64,000 nucleotides of DNA from assembly GCF_006345805.1 (NCBI RefSeq), contig NC_043008.1, positions 60,946,001-61,010,000 on the forward strand, in the 5' to 3' direction. This document shows, in pieces, positions 38,932 to 52,830 of this stretch. A model generated the notes under the pieces. The model did not search any database. It worked only from the letters and a program-made list of their open reading frames with translations, and was not told where the DNA came from. This DNA is from Octopus sinensis. Taxonomy: Eukaryota. The position numbers and the translations under genes are program-made. The number at the start of each line of letters is the position of its first letter. The stretch's first letter is position 1.

Positions 38932-39320
38932 TATACTCTTTTACTCTTTTACTTGTTTCAGTCATTTGACTGCAGCCATGCTGGAGCACCGCCATTAGTC
39001 GAGCAAATCGACCCCGGGACTTATTCTTTGTAAGCCCAGTACTTATTCTATCGGTCTCTTTTGCCGAACCGCTAGGTGACGGGGACGTAAACACACCAGC
39101 ATCGGTTGTCAAGCAATGTTGGGGGGGGGGGGCAAACACAGACACACAAACATATACACATACACATATATATATACATATACACGACGGGCTTCTTTCA
39201 GTTTCCGTGTACCAAATCCACTCACAAGGCTTTGATCAGCCCGAAGCTATAGTAGAAGACACTTGCACGAGGTGTCACGCAGTGGGACTGAACCCGAAAC
39301 CATGTGGTTGGTAAGCAAGC
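38932..39320 (-). mobile_element. Family A SINE
   Basis: Full head-core-microsatellite-tail structure. Confidence 0.85.
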
Positions 39321-39354
<34 letters not shown>

Positions 39355-39967
39355 ATATATGAATATGTGGCTGTGTGTGCGTGCATGTATGTGTGTATGA
39401 GCATGTGTCCATTTGTGGTATAGAGGAAGACAAATGAAATAAATACTGTAGTTCATATGGTACTATAGTTTCTAGTGCCTCATAACTGTAGGCATATATG
39501 CTGGTAGATTATTGCTCAATATCCTCTCAATGTTATTGTATTCGTAAGTCTTATTACTGTAGGAATTTTGTGCGTGTTAACTGGCAGAGTGTTTGACCAC
39601 TTAAATTAATTTTCTTCAAAACAATCAATGCGCATCACACACAACGAAACATTCTCATATATATATATGGGAATCTTATATCTATACTATTCTGCCTAAA
39701 TAATGGGTCTACAAATGAAATATCCCTGCATATCTCACATCTACTTTCATTCCTCCACTTCACTCTCTGTTTCGTATCTTACCTAAATTAACTATTGCTT
39801 AACCATTTTCTTACACCGTCTCCCATGAACGGATATAATAAATATCCTGGAAACAGCTGTAAGACAATCTATGTATAAATGTTCTAAAATCTTCACATGT
39901 ATAAAATATCATGTATATATATGCTAAAAAATTACCTAGGTTATATATGTATGTATATATATTTATA

Positions 39968-40014
<47 letters not shown>

Positions 40015-40217
40015 TATATTATATATATATATATACATATTTTTATATGGTGCATATATATATGTCTATATATGTATGTATAAATGTGTATGTATATATA
40101 TTATATATATATATATATTATATGCAAATGTAAATGTCTGTATATAGATATGTAGGAATATGTAAATATATATTGTTTGTATCTATATGTATAATACATA
40201 GATACGTGTGTATATAA

Positions 40218-40252
<35 letters not shown>

Positions 40253-41387
40253 TGTGTGTGTGTGTGTGTGTGTGCATATGGAGACACACTCACACGCACA
40301 GGCAGGCACACACATCCACATATATATATATACATTTATATAAACTTACATATGCATATGTACCTGTGTGTATATATGTGTGTGTACGTGTTTGTGAATT
40401 TTTACTGCAGACGTGCTGATATCGTCCGGCATTTCCGGCCATTGATATTATTTTCTCGGCATGACTTCATTATTGCTCGAAGCATAGATTTAAGCAAACC
40501 TTGCTTCATTAATTCATTTTCCGTTTTGAATATCAGAAAATTACGATTCGGTTTTACCTCCCATTAATATTTCATTGATCCATTAAGTTCTCCTTTATTT
40601 TTCAACAATTCAATTATCAATAATAACGACACACATCCCAATCACTTTTCCAAGCACTTCATATACAAGCTTATACAGGCAACAGTACACTATCAACTAC
40701 CCAAAGACGAAGCGAGTATATTTTCGGTCACCTTAGGCTTTGCTAAGTTCAAATTTTGTATTATTCTCTTATCTATGAAGAAGCTTATAAAATTCATACT
40801 CTGCATTGTAGACAGACCTGCTCGGTATGGAAATGACACACGTTCACACATGCATACGATAGCTTCTCTCAGTTTCCATCTACCAAATACACACTAAAGG
40901 CTTTACTCGGCCTGAGGCTAAAGTAGAAGACAACAGGCCAGAAATTACAATTTCACACGTAAGTTTGGTAATCTGGTGTTTAGGCACTTGAAAATTGTAA
41001 AAACGCAATATGGTCCCCGCCTGATTATCTGTTACAATAAACCCCAGGCATTGGTTCTACGCTCTGGTTAAAGATAAACAAATTACAATGAACTTTACAC
41101 ACGCAAACACACTCATGCACTGGACGCACAGTGGTAGCTGGCTTGCCGCAAAATCTATAAATTCTTCTTCAAATTACAACGTGTCACCCTGAAATGAGCC
41201 CCACAAAGCAAAAAATACTAGAAACATATTGCCAGAGTTGAAGAAAATCTATGCTGCAAGAGAATCGTGAGAAATGAAATATTAAAAACAAGCTTCCATT
41301 ACATTTTGAATCTGTGTCGTTAATGAAGATCCAGACCAAGAAGTAGAGTTTTGCGATAGGTATATAGCAAGATGTGTAGAAAATGCA

Positions 41388-41800
41388 GGCGTAGGAGTGG
41401 CTGTGTGGTGAGTAGCTTGCTTACGAGCCACATGGTTCCGGGTTCAGTCCCACTGCGTGGCACCTTGGGCAAGTGTCTTCTACTATAACCTCGGCCCGAC
41501 CAAAGCCTTGTGAGTGGATTTGGTAGACGGAAACTGAAAGAAGCCCACCGTATATATGTATATATATATGTATGTTGTGTATGTGCTTGTGTGTCTGTGT
41601 TTGTCCACCCCCCAACATCGCTTGACAACCGATGCTGGTGTGTTTATGTCCCCGTCACCTTAGCGGTTCAACAAAAGACACCGATAGAATAAGTACTAGG
41701 CTTACAATGCATAAGTCCTGGGGCCTATTTACTCGACTTAAAGTCGGTGCTCCAGCATGGCCACAGTCACATAACTGAAACAAAAAACGAGTAAAAGAGT
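41388..41800 (+). mobile_element. Family A SINE, full length
   Basis: ggcgtaggagtggctgtgtgg..ggttcagtcccactgcgtggcaccttgggcaagtgtc..aaaagagt. Confidence 0.88.
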
Positions 41801-42029
41801 ATCTAGTTTGAAATATTGAAGCTACGTTCGAATAAAATGGCTGAATTAGCTACCGCAATTGCAGTCTCTGTGAACCTGAGAAACCGAATATTACAGAGAA
41901 ACATGATGATGAATAACCAGAAGTTAAAATATGATACGATTTATCATTAAAAGATTAACTGAACCTTTCATTTTACAGCACTGTGAAGTGTCCTCATTCG
42001 CTTAGTTTTCCTGCAGCTCTCTGTTATGC

Positions 42030-42410
42030 TAAGCATTCGAGATGACTTTGAAGATGCGGTGCTTTATTTCCAGGGAGATGGGGTACTTACACTTAGCCGT
42101 AATAGTGTAAGAGCCGAAAAATCTACGAGCTTTTACGAGACTTTATTCAAGAAGTATATAACGCAAAAGGGTTCCGTAGAATACTCTCGACGTTGAACTC
42201 ATCTCACGACACGGGGATTTTTTTCTTGAAATTCATGAAAGATAAACTTTTCTGTACAAAACTGGCAACTGTCGACGAATTGTCAGCAAGCATTGAACGA
42301 GAATGCGAACAAATTATGACCGAATTGTTTCTTCGTGCTTGCGATTCCATTGCTTCGAATTGTCAGCAATGCCTGGAACACAACGATCATCTGCTTAAAA
42401 ATAGGCCTTC
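42030..42410 (+). pseudogene. Tc1/mariner-superfamily transposase C-terminal remnant
   Basis: LYFQGDG (cf. FQQDGA). Track ORF 42193 IFFLKFMKDKLF..TVDELSASIERECEQI..CQQCL (cf. DFFLWGYLKDKVY..T+DEL..I..C). Confidence 0.7.
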
Positions 42411-43285
42411 AGAAAAATGTAATTCTGTCTGCAAACTGTATAAAATTTTGAAAATGATATGTATTTTAATATAAACTGACTTTAAAATCATTAAGTGTGT
42501 ATATATATGCATATACATATATATATATATATATCTTGGGCTATGTATATGTATTACACAGAATCACAGAAAAGAACGTACATACAAACGCATACACACA
42601 AATGAACATATGCTAATATAGATATATCCGCATATTTTCCATGTCTATAGACGTGTTTTCATACACAATAAATAGAAGCACTCATTATTTTAAGACGAAC
42701 TACAGCTTAAGTATATTTTCATGTTTGTCTAGACATTCCAACATAATTTACAATACATAATTTACAAGGAGTATTGCAATGTCATCATATGTTAATATTT
42801 GTATTTGTGTGCGCGTGCGTATGTATGTAGGTATGTGTCTGCGTGTATTTATGTATGCATACCCATAAACACCAGTAATTCTCTATATATTTACTAGATT
42901 TAATCTGTCAAAAAAGAAATGTTATTTATTTGAAATACGTACATAAGGAAAAACTCAAATAAAATTCAAAATTAGTCTATACGTATTACTAGATAGGATG
43001 AAGTGGATGTGGCATACGCCCACGAAACTTTAAGTAAAGCGGCACAAAATCAATGTGTTATTAAATGCATATAACTCCAAGATATCTCCAAATAGTGTGT
43101 TAAGTGCTACTTCTGTTAATTTCTTCACTCAATCCTGTGTATATAAACGAAAAAACATAAATACCCACATATATATGATCTCCTTCTTCCCTTCCTTCCT
43201 GAGCGTCCAATAATACTATATTTGTTCCACGTCCTCGCGTTGTTGTGTGTTCTCTTTGTGTTTTCATGTTTGGATTAACTTTATA

Positions 43286-43369
<84 letters not shown>

Positions 43370-43489
43370 TTTCATTCACAATTGAATTCGGTGATACCAG
43401 TTGCGGATTCTAGCTCGCTCTGATACTGAGTTGAGTTGGTGCCTTCTGGTATCTCAAAATTCAATATATAATCATTTATGATTATAGTA

Positions 43490-43597
43490 TCTACGCTGAA
43501 GAGAAAAGAAGTTTCGGTAGAGATAGAATTATTTAATATTTAATATTTAATTCTTATGCTTTCCTTAAAACTTGATTTCGAAACGTACGTCCGTGGA
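43490..43597 (+). ncRNA. Type I hammerhead ribozyme with long stem II, copy 1
   Basis: ucuacg CUGAAGA gaaa(ag)aaguuu...aaacuu(ga)uuuc GAAA cguacg UC cgugga; 6-bp stem I; cleavage after C43591. Confidence 0.8.
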
Positions 43598-44087
43598 TAA
43601 CTAAAAAAATGTATGATAGGTTGCAGTCAATTCATTCTCTCTTACCTGTTTGTGTCTGCCTTCCAAATGCTGTTTTTACTGAGATCCCCTTTTTAGTAGA
43701 AGAAATAGCTATAACCCTTTGACTGCTATTTCTAAATTCGGTATGTGGTAAGGCAACTCGTTGCTAAACCCTTATTGCTTAGTATTACTTAAATTTTCCT
43801 CGAATGAGGCTTTTACATGCCGAAGACTACTTGGTGTAATTGATAATTTTCCAAATTAATTAATTTCACCCTTCATTATTACGGATAACCATATTTTATC
43901 TCAGTAGATGACCACAGCATCTTGTTTTGGCTACACGCGGGTGGGAAGGGGCTGTTGACACAATCGTTTCATTCACAATTGAATTCGGTGATACCAGTTG
44001 CGGATTCTAGCTCGCTCTGATACTGAGTTGAGTTGGTGCCTTCTGGTATCTCAAAATTCAATATATAATCATTTATGATTATAGTAT

Positions 44088-44195
44088 TCTACGCTGAAGA
44101 GAAAAGAAGTTTCGGTAAGATAGAATTATTTAATATTTAATATTAATTCTTATGCTTTCCTTTTAAAACTTGATTTCGAAACGTACGTCCGTGGA
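44088..44195 (+). ncRNA. Hammerhead copy 2
   Basis: Same motif; cleavage after C44189. Confidence 0.8.
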
Positions 44196-44688
44196 TAACT
44201 AAAAAAATGTATGATAGGTTGCAGTCAATTCATTCTCTCTTACCTGTTTGTGTCTGCCTTCCAAATGCTGTTTTTACTGAGATCTCCCTTTTTAGTAGAA
44301 GAAATAGCTATAACCCTTTGACTGCTATTTCTAAATTCGGTATGTGGTAAGGCAACTCGTTGCTAAACCCTTATTGCTTAGTATTACTTAAATTTTCCTC
44401 GAATGAGGCTTTTACATGCCGAAGACTACTTGGTGTAATTGATAATTTTTCCAAATTAATTAATTTCACCCTTCATTATTACGGATAACCATATTTTATC
44501 TCAGTAGATGACCACAGCATCTTGTTTTGGCTACACGCGGGTGGGAAGGGGCTGTTGACACAATCGTTTCATTCACAAATTGAATTCGGTGATACCAGTT
44601 GCGGATTCAAGCTCGCTCTGATACTGAGTTGAGTTGGTGCCTTCTGGTATCTCAAAATTCAATATATAATCATTTATGATTATAGTAT

Positions 44689-44795
44689 TCTACGCTGAAG
44701 AGAAAAGAAGTTTCGGTAAGATAGAATTATTTAATATTTAATATTTAATTCTTATGCTTTCCTTAAAACTTGATTTCGAAACGTACGTCCGTGGA
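44689..44795 (+). ncRNA. Hammerhead copy 3
   Basis: Same motif; cleavage after C44789. Confidence 0.8.
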
Positions 44796-44990
44796 TAACT
44801 AAAAAAATGTATGATAGGTTGCAGTCAATTCATTCTCTCTTACCTGTTTGTGTCTGCCTTCCAAATGCTGTTTTTACTGAGATCTCCCTTTTTAGTAGAA
44901 GAAATAGCTATAACCCTTTGACTGCTATTTCTAAATTCGGTATGTGGTAAGGCAACTCGTTGCTAAACCCTTATTGCTTAGTATATATAT

Positions 44991-45021
<31 letters not shown>

Positions 45022-45025
45022 TATA

Positions 45026-45453
45026 TATTCTATGAATTAGAGATAAAACCACTATTATGCAACTCAAACCGTGATAGACATAAACCAATACATAAATAAC
45101 AAATAATATAAATATAATAATATAATTAATAATATATGATATAGTATATATATAAATATATATTTTTTATTTCATTTCATCTAGTTTCAGCTCACGAGCT
45201 GTGGCCATGGTGGGGCACCGCCATTATTATTATAATTATATATATAACTTTTTTTAAATAAAAGAATGTTAAATATAATATAATAAATAAAACACTACAT
45301 ACGTTTCATGGCTATAATTTATCTTTATAATTATAATTAATTATAATTATAATTTATAATTTTATCTCTAATTCATATTTTATATATTTATACCGTAAAA
45401 TTTGATTTAAAACTAAATCGATTTTTTCCCTGTAAGTTTGGAGCTATGCTCCC
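45026..45453. mobile_element. Decayed foldback element related to 60617-61006
   Basis: Left arm ttagagataaaaccactatt. Right end tttatctctaat..aaatttgattt..gattttttccctgtaagtttgg parallels 60901-60985. AT-rich and SINE-tail insertions in the middle. Confidence 0.55.
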
Positions 45454-45522
<69 letters not shown>

Positions 45523-45548
45523 CATCATCATTATTATTATTATTATTA

Positions 45549-45624
<76 letters not shown>

Positions 45625-46204
45625 CCATATATACACCCATATATACACCCATATATAAATGGGTGAAAGATTAAAATTAATCAAAGGACATACTCTATGT
45701 GTCTACTTGCTGGAAATATCAGGCAGAATTCTTATCTAAATCGCCGAAAAAATATACTGGTGACGACTACGTAAATCAAACGTCTGCGGGGAAACGGGCT
45801 AGGACGCACCCCACGTCCTCTTCATCATGATAACGTGTGCTAACGAAGCTGAGGCTATAATGCCGGTCGGGAAACCGGTTCATGTGAGTCAAAATACTTA
45901 AATATATATTGATAGGTTGTCCTAGCTCGTTTGCCGGCAGACGGTTGATTTCTGTAGTCATCACCTGATATTTTCGGGAATTTAAATAAGAGTTTTGACT
46001 GTTATTTCCAGCAGGTGGGCATACTTAGTATGTTCTTCGATTCATTTTAATCCTTCAGCCATTTAATGCTTTTGGGGTCTGTAATCACCAATATTATTAA
46101 TTTTGTTCTTATCATTTATCATTTATAATTGCTACACTAGACAATAATGCTGTCGATAATGTCTTCGCAAACATTTCCCCCTGAATTATTTGATCCGTAT
46201 ATAT

Positions 46205-46264
<60 letters not shown>

Positions 46265-46271
46265 TATATAT

Positions 46272-46326
<55 letters not shown>

Positions 46327-46423
46327 TATACATATATATCTATATATATATATATTATATTAATATATATAATATATAAATATATATAAATATATGTATA
46401 TATATTTATGTATATATATATAA

Positions 46424-46462
<39 letters not shown>

Positions 46463-47246
46463 GGAGTTAGGTATACTTGTAGCTTGGCAGTCATTAAGAT
46501 GATCATACGTACATACAGGGAAATTATATATATATACACGCACGCATACATTGCAATGTCTATATACAAAATATCTGCACATGTTTCTACAACTACTCCT
46601 ACTCACTCGTCACTTCTAGACACAATTAAAACATCTAACATTTTAACAAGATTAATTTTTCATATGAGCTAGCGAGCTAGCGAAATATTTAGCGCTAAGC
46701 AATATTTAAGTTTCAGTACAAATTCCGTTAAGTTCGACTTTACATTTCTGGGGTCGATACAGTTAAACACTGGGTACAGTGAAGTAATTCTGATTACAAT
46801 AGAAAGGATTATATCCTTTCTGTATATCAATAAGCATCGTTTTCGTAACATTCTACAACATGTATCTACAAATCTTAATACATACGCATACCTACACAAA
46901 TAAATAACCAAACATACACACTCACTCACATAGAGATGCACAAAATACTTTTAAAAATTGTTATATATACTAACTAAAATTTATCAAACACAAATTATAT
47001 CATACAGCAATGTTATGAGATACGTTGTATTCAAGAAGTATGAAAACACTATAAAAGCGGAAAATACGATACATACTTCAATAAATATCTGTCTATTTGT
47101 GTGTACGCGCGTCATTCGGTGATTATAGTGTTCGACCTACGGCAGTAAGATTTTTCTCCTCGGTAAATGCAGTGTTTTTGCCTTTAGCAAAATATATATG
47201 TGACAAATATATTTCGGCTGAACTAAATAGTGAAATATATATATAG

Positions 47247-47430
47247 TTTATTAAAAACCATCAAAAATATCACAAAAACTGATACTCAGAGTTTCAAATT
47301 CCCGTTCATCGGGTCGGACAGTTTTCTTCCGAATCTAAGCAAAACTGTCCGACTAACTGGAACGTGAAACTCTGAGTAACAGTTTTTGTGATGATTTTGC
47401 TCCTTTTTAATAAAGCATATTACTCTACCT
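47247..47430. mobile_element. Short inverted-repeat element with CCGANGA-type hammerhead-like motif in each arm
   Basis: aaaactgt ccga.. acg/cgt gaaa ctctgag ta acagtttt at 47341-47386 and its reverse complement at 47275-47332; homologous to 60441-60600. Confidence 0.55.
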
Positions 47431-47439
47431 ATGTTATTC

Positions 47440-47812
47440 GAAGCAGCACAAGAGAGGGTGTGTGGAAAGTAGCTTGCTAAACCAACCACATGATTCCAGG
47501 TGCAGACTCACTGCGTGGAAACTTCGAGAAGTGTCTTCTATTATAGCCTCGGGCCCAACAAATTTGGTAGAGGAAAACTGAAAAAGCACGTCGTATACAT
47601 ATGTGTGTGTGTGTGTGTATGTGTGCGTGTGTTTATGTGTTTTCGTGTCTGTTTTGTCCACCCCCAACAACTGATGCTGGTGTTTTTACGTCCCCGTAAC
47701 TTAGCGGTTCGGCAAACAGACCGATGGAATAAGTACTAGGCTTAGAGAGAATAAATCCCGGGGTGCTCCAGCATGGCCGCAGTCAAATGATTGAAACAAG
47801 TCAAAGAAAATA
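47440..47812 (+). mobile_element. Family A SINE (diverged)
   Basis: Head, core and tail recognisable. Confidence 0.75.
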
Positions 47813-48042
47813 ATATATATATATACTGTTGTGTCTGGGGAGAGTCATTCTCTTTTAGTGCCTTATTATTTAACACTCACCGGTAAAATTTCCACTTATT
47901 TCTTATTTTTATTTTCTAATATTTTCGTTGTGTCTTGCAACCTTTTCAATAGTCTTGACTCTCAACACACGAACTCATACAAAGAATCTTTCTTGCAAAC
48001 GAAATCCCAAAACGAAATACATATATATATATATATATACAC

Positions 48043-48128
<86 letters not shown>

Positions 48129-48708
48129 TATGCATGTTTGTGCGCATCTCTCTACGTGTAAATGCACTTATATTTATGTGCGTAATTACTTGTACAGGGC
48201 TGCATGTACATGTATTATCACAATGAGTTAATATGTGGAAACAAACAACGGTTCCATACATATACAAGAGAAAGTACAGATATAAGCTAACACGAGCACA
48301 AACAGAATGTGCATACATTCTTGCGTACACACTTTATTATGTTAGAAATAATGAAATTTGATAATATATGACTTCCTATGTCTGGGATTGTGTTTAGTCG
48401 TTCGCAAAATTTCGCCACAAACGCAAAATGCCGATTATGTACGTTAAAAAGGTTGACTAGGGAATTAATGTACTTGGGTTTCACCTACAAAATTACGCTC
48501 TGTGATTGAGGCCGATAGGTTACACAAAACGAAGCACACACACACTAACACATCGCATATGTACACCATTACGTACATATATAGATACATACAGGCAAAC
48601 GTACATGCATACATACGTACATAGTCATACACACGCACACATAAGTACAAATGCACACATACATGCAAGCATAGTCATACACATGCATGTTTGGATTAAC
48701 CTTATATA

Positions 48709-48776
<68 letters not shown>

Positions 48777-48819
48777 AATATATATAAATATATATATACA
48801 TATATAATGTATTGTGTTA

Positions 48820-48853
<34 letters not shown>

Positions 48854-49011
48854 TGATATGTACAGATATATACATATATAGATATAACATATATACACAT
48901 ATATATATATACATATATACACATACATATATATATTCATGTACATATACATATACATATATATACATATACATACATATACATACATATATAAATATAT
49001 ATATATGAACA

Positions 49012-49071
<60 letters not shown>

Positions 49072-50149
49072 GCATGCATACACATGTAAAAATATAAGAT
49101 TTACATTTTGTAATTCCGCGAGAATGTTATTCTTTATTTGTAATCAAGAATTTGTTTGTATGTTTGGAGTAGTGGTGGGGTGTATTTGCTTTCTTTTTGT
49201 TTGTATTCGTTTTGTTGCGTTTCCAATTTCTCTTCTGCCAATATCATTACATATAATTTATTATGCGTAGTTCCGTGTATTCTTAAATTTTCATTTTCAA
49301 CATCTGTGATTGTATACTATATTTCACTTTGATTTTTTTATGTGTTTGTTTCGTATAATATAAACAAAAAGCAAAGCACTTCAAATTATGTTATTCTACT
49401 CCATTGCGCAGTTTTCGGCAAGAGTTATCGAAATGTATATACCGTTATAAAGTACAAGGCATAACTAAAATGTTTCATAAGCAACAAATATAAAACTGAA
49501 TATTTTGTATTTATAATCTTTTTTATACATTCAGAATCTTTCAACATTATTTCCCTCTCAATTTCAAGTGCAATTTTGAATCCTTTATAATAGCCATTTG
49601 TGTGTACATGTATATGCATAGAATTTATTTATATCAGTTCCTTTACTTCATAATTTGGATTACAGTACTTCATTGGTACTTTTTTTATTGATTGCCTGAA
49701 TGAATTGTAATGTTGCCTGCAATAGATTTTGAACACAGACGTTAGGGTGTCGCATCAAATAATGCTCAGTATTTCTGCCAGACACTTCACTGATGTTGCA
49801 GTTTCATTGCTTATAATAATCTAATAAGAACCGTTTCTAGCAAAGACAGAAGACTAGGAAAATTATGCGAGCAGTTTGTCAACTAAATTGACCAGAGAAG
49901 TGGATCGATACCATAAACTATCGAACCCGAAAATTCTAACTCTAACGATGATCGCTACTGAATAACATTACAAGATTTAAAGAACCAGAAGGAACACCAC
50001 AAGAAATTTTCTCCTCTTCTCCAATCAGTTGTAAATGGCGAACACAGAGACGAATTAGCATCCTGCTCAGGATGGCACTCTCGATAAGCCAGCGTGGTGG
50101 CATGATTTGAAAGCAACAACAACTGAAGGAGTCGTGATGTGTAAACAAC

Positions 50150-50570
50150 GATTGTAAAAATATCCAAGTCTGGTCGATACAGTCATACAGTTCATAACAA
50201 ATAGATAATTACATTGACGGGCACAATGATAAAGAGATTAAGTTTAAAGAACATGTAAAGAAGTGCAATAACTGACCTCACATAAGAAAGAACACATCAG
50301 TTATATTGGATCTGAAGAACACACAAATGTGAGCTGCACCACCACCGCCATCAGACAGGAAAGAACAACAAGAAAACAACAACAGGGTCTAGACAGATAG
50401 TTGAAGAGAATGGGGAAAACTAAGACAATAATTATTCCTGTGTCTATTATTGCACATTCCACAACACCGAAAATGTTGCCTAAATGTCTGAGAGAAGTTG
50501 CAAGTGATACTTGCAATGTCAACCTGCAGAAAAGTACCGTTCTATATTCTGCAAGAATTCTGCTCATTAC
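50150..50570 (+). mobile_element. R4/Dong-like non-LTR retrotransposon 3' remnant
   Basis: KTIIIPVSII..TTPKML..LQKSTVLYSARILL (track 50401) resembles the C-terminus P++IGALG..K....LQK..LLGTARILR; followed by (AAC)-like repeats. Confidence 0.6.
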
Positions 50571-50621
50571 GATAACAAGGCAGCATACGATAACAACAAC
50601 AGCAACAACGATATAGATTTT

Positions 50622-50870
50622 AAATTTTAAGCACAGAGCAAGCAAGCTCGGGGTTGGAATAAGTCGATTACCTCAGCCCCAGTGTTCCATTGGTACTTAA
50701 TTTATCGAAAGCGAAAGGATGAAAGGCAAAGTCGGCCCCAATATAGGTCTTAAATTTTAGCACAGAGCAAGCTATCTAGGGGTTGTAATAAGTCGATTAC
50801 ATCAACCCCAGTGTTCCACTGGTACTTAATTTATCGAAAGCGAAAGGACTAAAGGCAAAGTCGGCCCCAG
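50622..50870 (-). mobile_element. Tandem duplication (~130 bp) of a family B SINE fragment
   Basis: Two copies of cacagagcaag..aataagtcgattac..ccccagtgttcca.tggtacttaatttatcgaaagcgaaagga. Confidence 0.8.
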
Positions 50871-51539
50871 CAAATAAAGTGGTAGATGAAAAAACTGCTT
50901 TAGATGTGAGAGCATAAGGTAAAGTGATACCAGTTGTGATTGTCGCATTTCGGTAAATCCTGCTGTAAATTCAAAATGTCTTAAAGCGGCTGGGAGTACC
51001 ATGCAAGATTGAGGTCATACGAAAATCACCCTTGCTAGGTACGCACACATTTTAAGAAAAGTATTATCTGTCTGATATCTTTGTCACTTGACAGATAACT
51101 AAACACTCCGGTGCATTTACCATCTACACTGCGAGACAAAGTAATGTAAAGTCAGATATTATAACAAAACATGACTTTCGGAAGTTTCGGTTGGAAGAAT
51201 GGATTCATGAGCCTACAAAGCAAATTCCTTTATTTATTTTAGGCGTTTGAGGATCGAATTTGGTAAAGGCAAAAATTCATACAAAAAATAACTTAATTGA
51301 AGTGCAAACGCAGAATCTAAGGGAATTCGGTAAGCTATCATAAAACGTTTAAAAACTAGGGTTTCTCAGGTGTTGATACCAGAATGCAATGGAATATTAG
51401 ACTAGTGTTCAGATTCATTGTATCAGAAAAGTGTTACGAACATGGACCAGAAACGGTGATGAAGTATAATAATTTCAATGTTTTAAGGAATTTTGCCATG
51501 AAGTCTCATAATATGTTTGATAGAAGGATTTCTTATATA

Positions 51540-51695
51540 GGCGCAGGAGTGGCTGTGTGGTAAGTAGCTTGTTTACCAACCACATGGTTCCGGGTTCAGT
51601 CCCATTGCGTGGCACATTGGGCAAGTGTCTTCTACTCTTGCGTCGTGAGTGGATTTAGGTGACGGAAATTGAAAGAAGCCCGTAGTATATGTGTA

Positions 51696-51780
<85 letters not shown>

Positions 51781-51843
51781 TACATATATACTACGGGCTT
51801 CTTTCAATATATATATATAATATATATTATATATATATTATAT

Positions 51844-51883
<40 letters not shown>

Positions 51884-52066
51884 GTTGTCCCCCCAACATC
51901 GCTTGACAACCGATGGTGGTGTTTACATCCCCGTAACTTAGCGGTTTCGCATGAGAGACCGATAGAATAAGTACTAAGCTTACGGAGTGCTGGGGTCGAT
52001 TTACTCGACTAAAGGAGGTGCTCCAGCATGGACGCAGTCAAATGACTAAAACAAGTAAAAGAGAGT
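51540..52066 (+). mobile_element. Family A SINE with expanded internal (TA)n/(TG)n
   Basis: Head ggcgcaggagtggctgtgtggtaagtagc; internal duplication of ctacgggcttctttca; tail. Confidence 0.85.
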
Positions 52067-52449
52067 AAGTGTATATGATTGTAGAGGACTAAAAAAATAA
52101 ACACTGTATAAATTCTTAAGTCTTTATACCGTATGAACCATTGAAAATACAGACGATGTCAAAAAATTTGGGAAAAGAGAAATATAAAGACTTAGCCAGA
52201 GATGAAGAGGGTGTTGAAGATTAAGATGACAATTATTTTTGTTAACTGGTGCACATGGCAAAATATGTAAAAATGTAAGAGGTTGTGAGATATTGTAACA
52301 GAAAATTACATTGGCAAGAAACATTCAATTGGCATTCTTAAACTTCCTATAATCCAAAGAAAAGTTTTAGGTGGTTTATTGTCGCCAGACATCAACACAA
52401 TATTGTAGTATGTAACAGATTTAATAATAATGCTAACAACAAGAACAGC

Positions 52450-52480
<31 letters not shown>

Positions 52481-52582
52481 TTAACAGGTGAGTACTGGTG
52501 TCGATGTAATCGACATAACCCCTCCCTCTAGTCTCTTCTCCCAAAATTTCAGGCCTTGTGACTATAGCAGAAAGGATTCGTT

Positions 52583-52770
52583 TACTCTTTTATTTCTGTC
52601 ATTGATTTGACAGCGGCCATGCTTGATCAACGCCTTTATTCAAACAAATCAACCCCAGGACATATTCATTGTAAGCTTAGTACTTATTCTATCGGTTTCT
52701 TTTGCAGAACAGTTAAGCTACTGGAACGTAAACACACCAAGCGATGGTGGGGTACACACACACACACACC

Positions 52771-52830
<60 letters not shown>

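Larger units (their letters stand above)
43366..44983 (+). mobile_element. 2.7 tandem copies of a ~600-nt non-coding HHR monomer (retrozyme-like), flanked by (TA)n
   Basis: Units start at 43366, 43963 and 44563; near-identical; one HHR each; no ORF of 60 aa or more in the track. Confidence 0.9.

Noticed and set aside
43366-44983. CRISPR-like array
   Set aside because: Whole 600-nt units are repeated with no unique spacers, in a eukaryotic context.
45845-45885. GAAACCGGTT palindrome resembling an HHR 3' half
   Set aside because: No CUGANGA-type core or stem II upstream.
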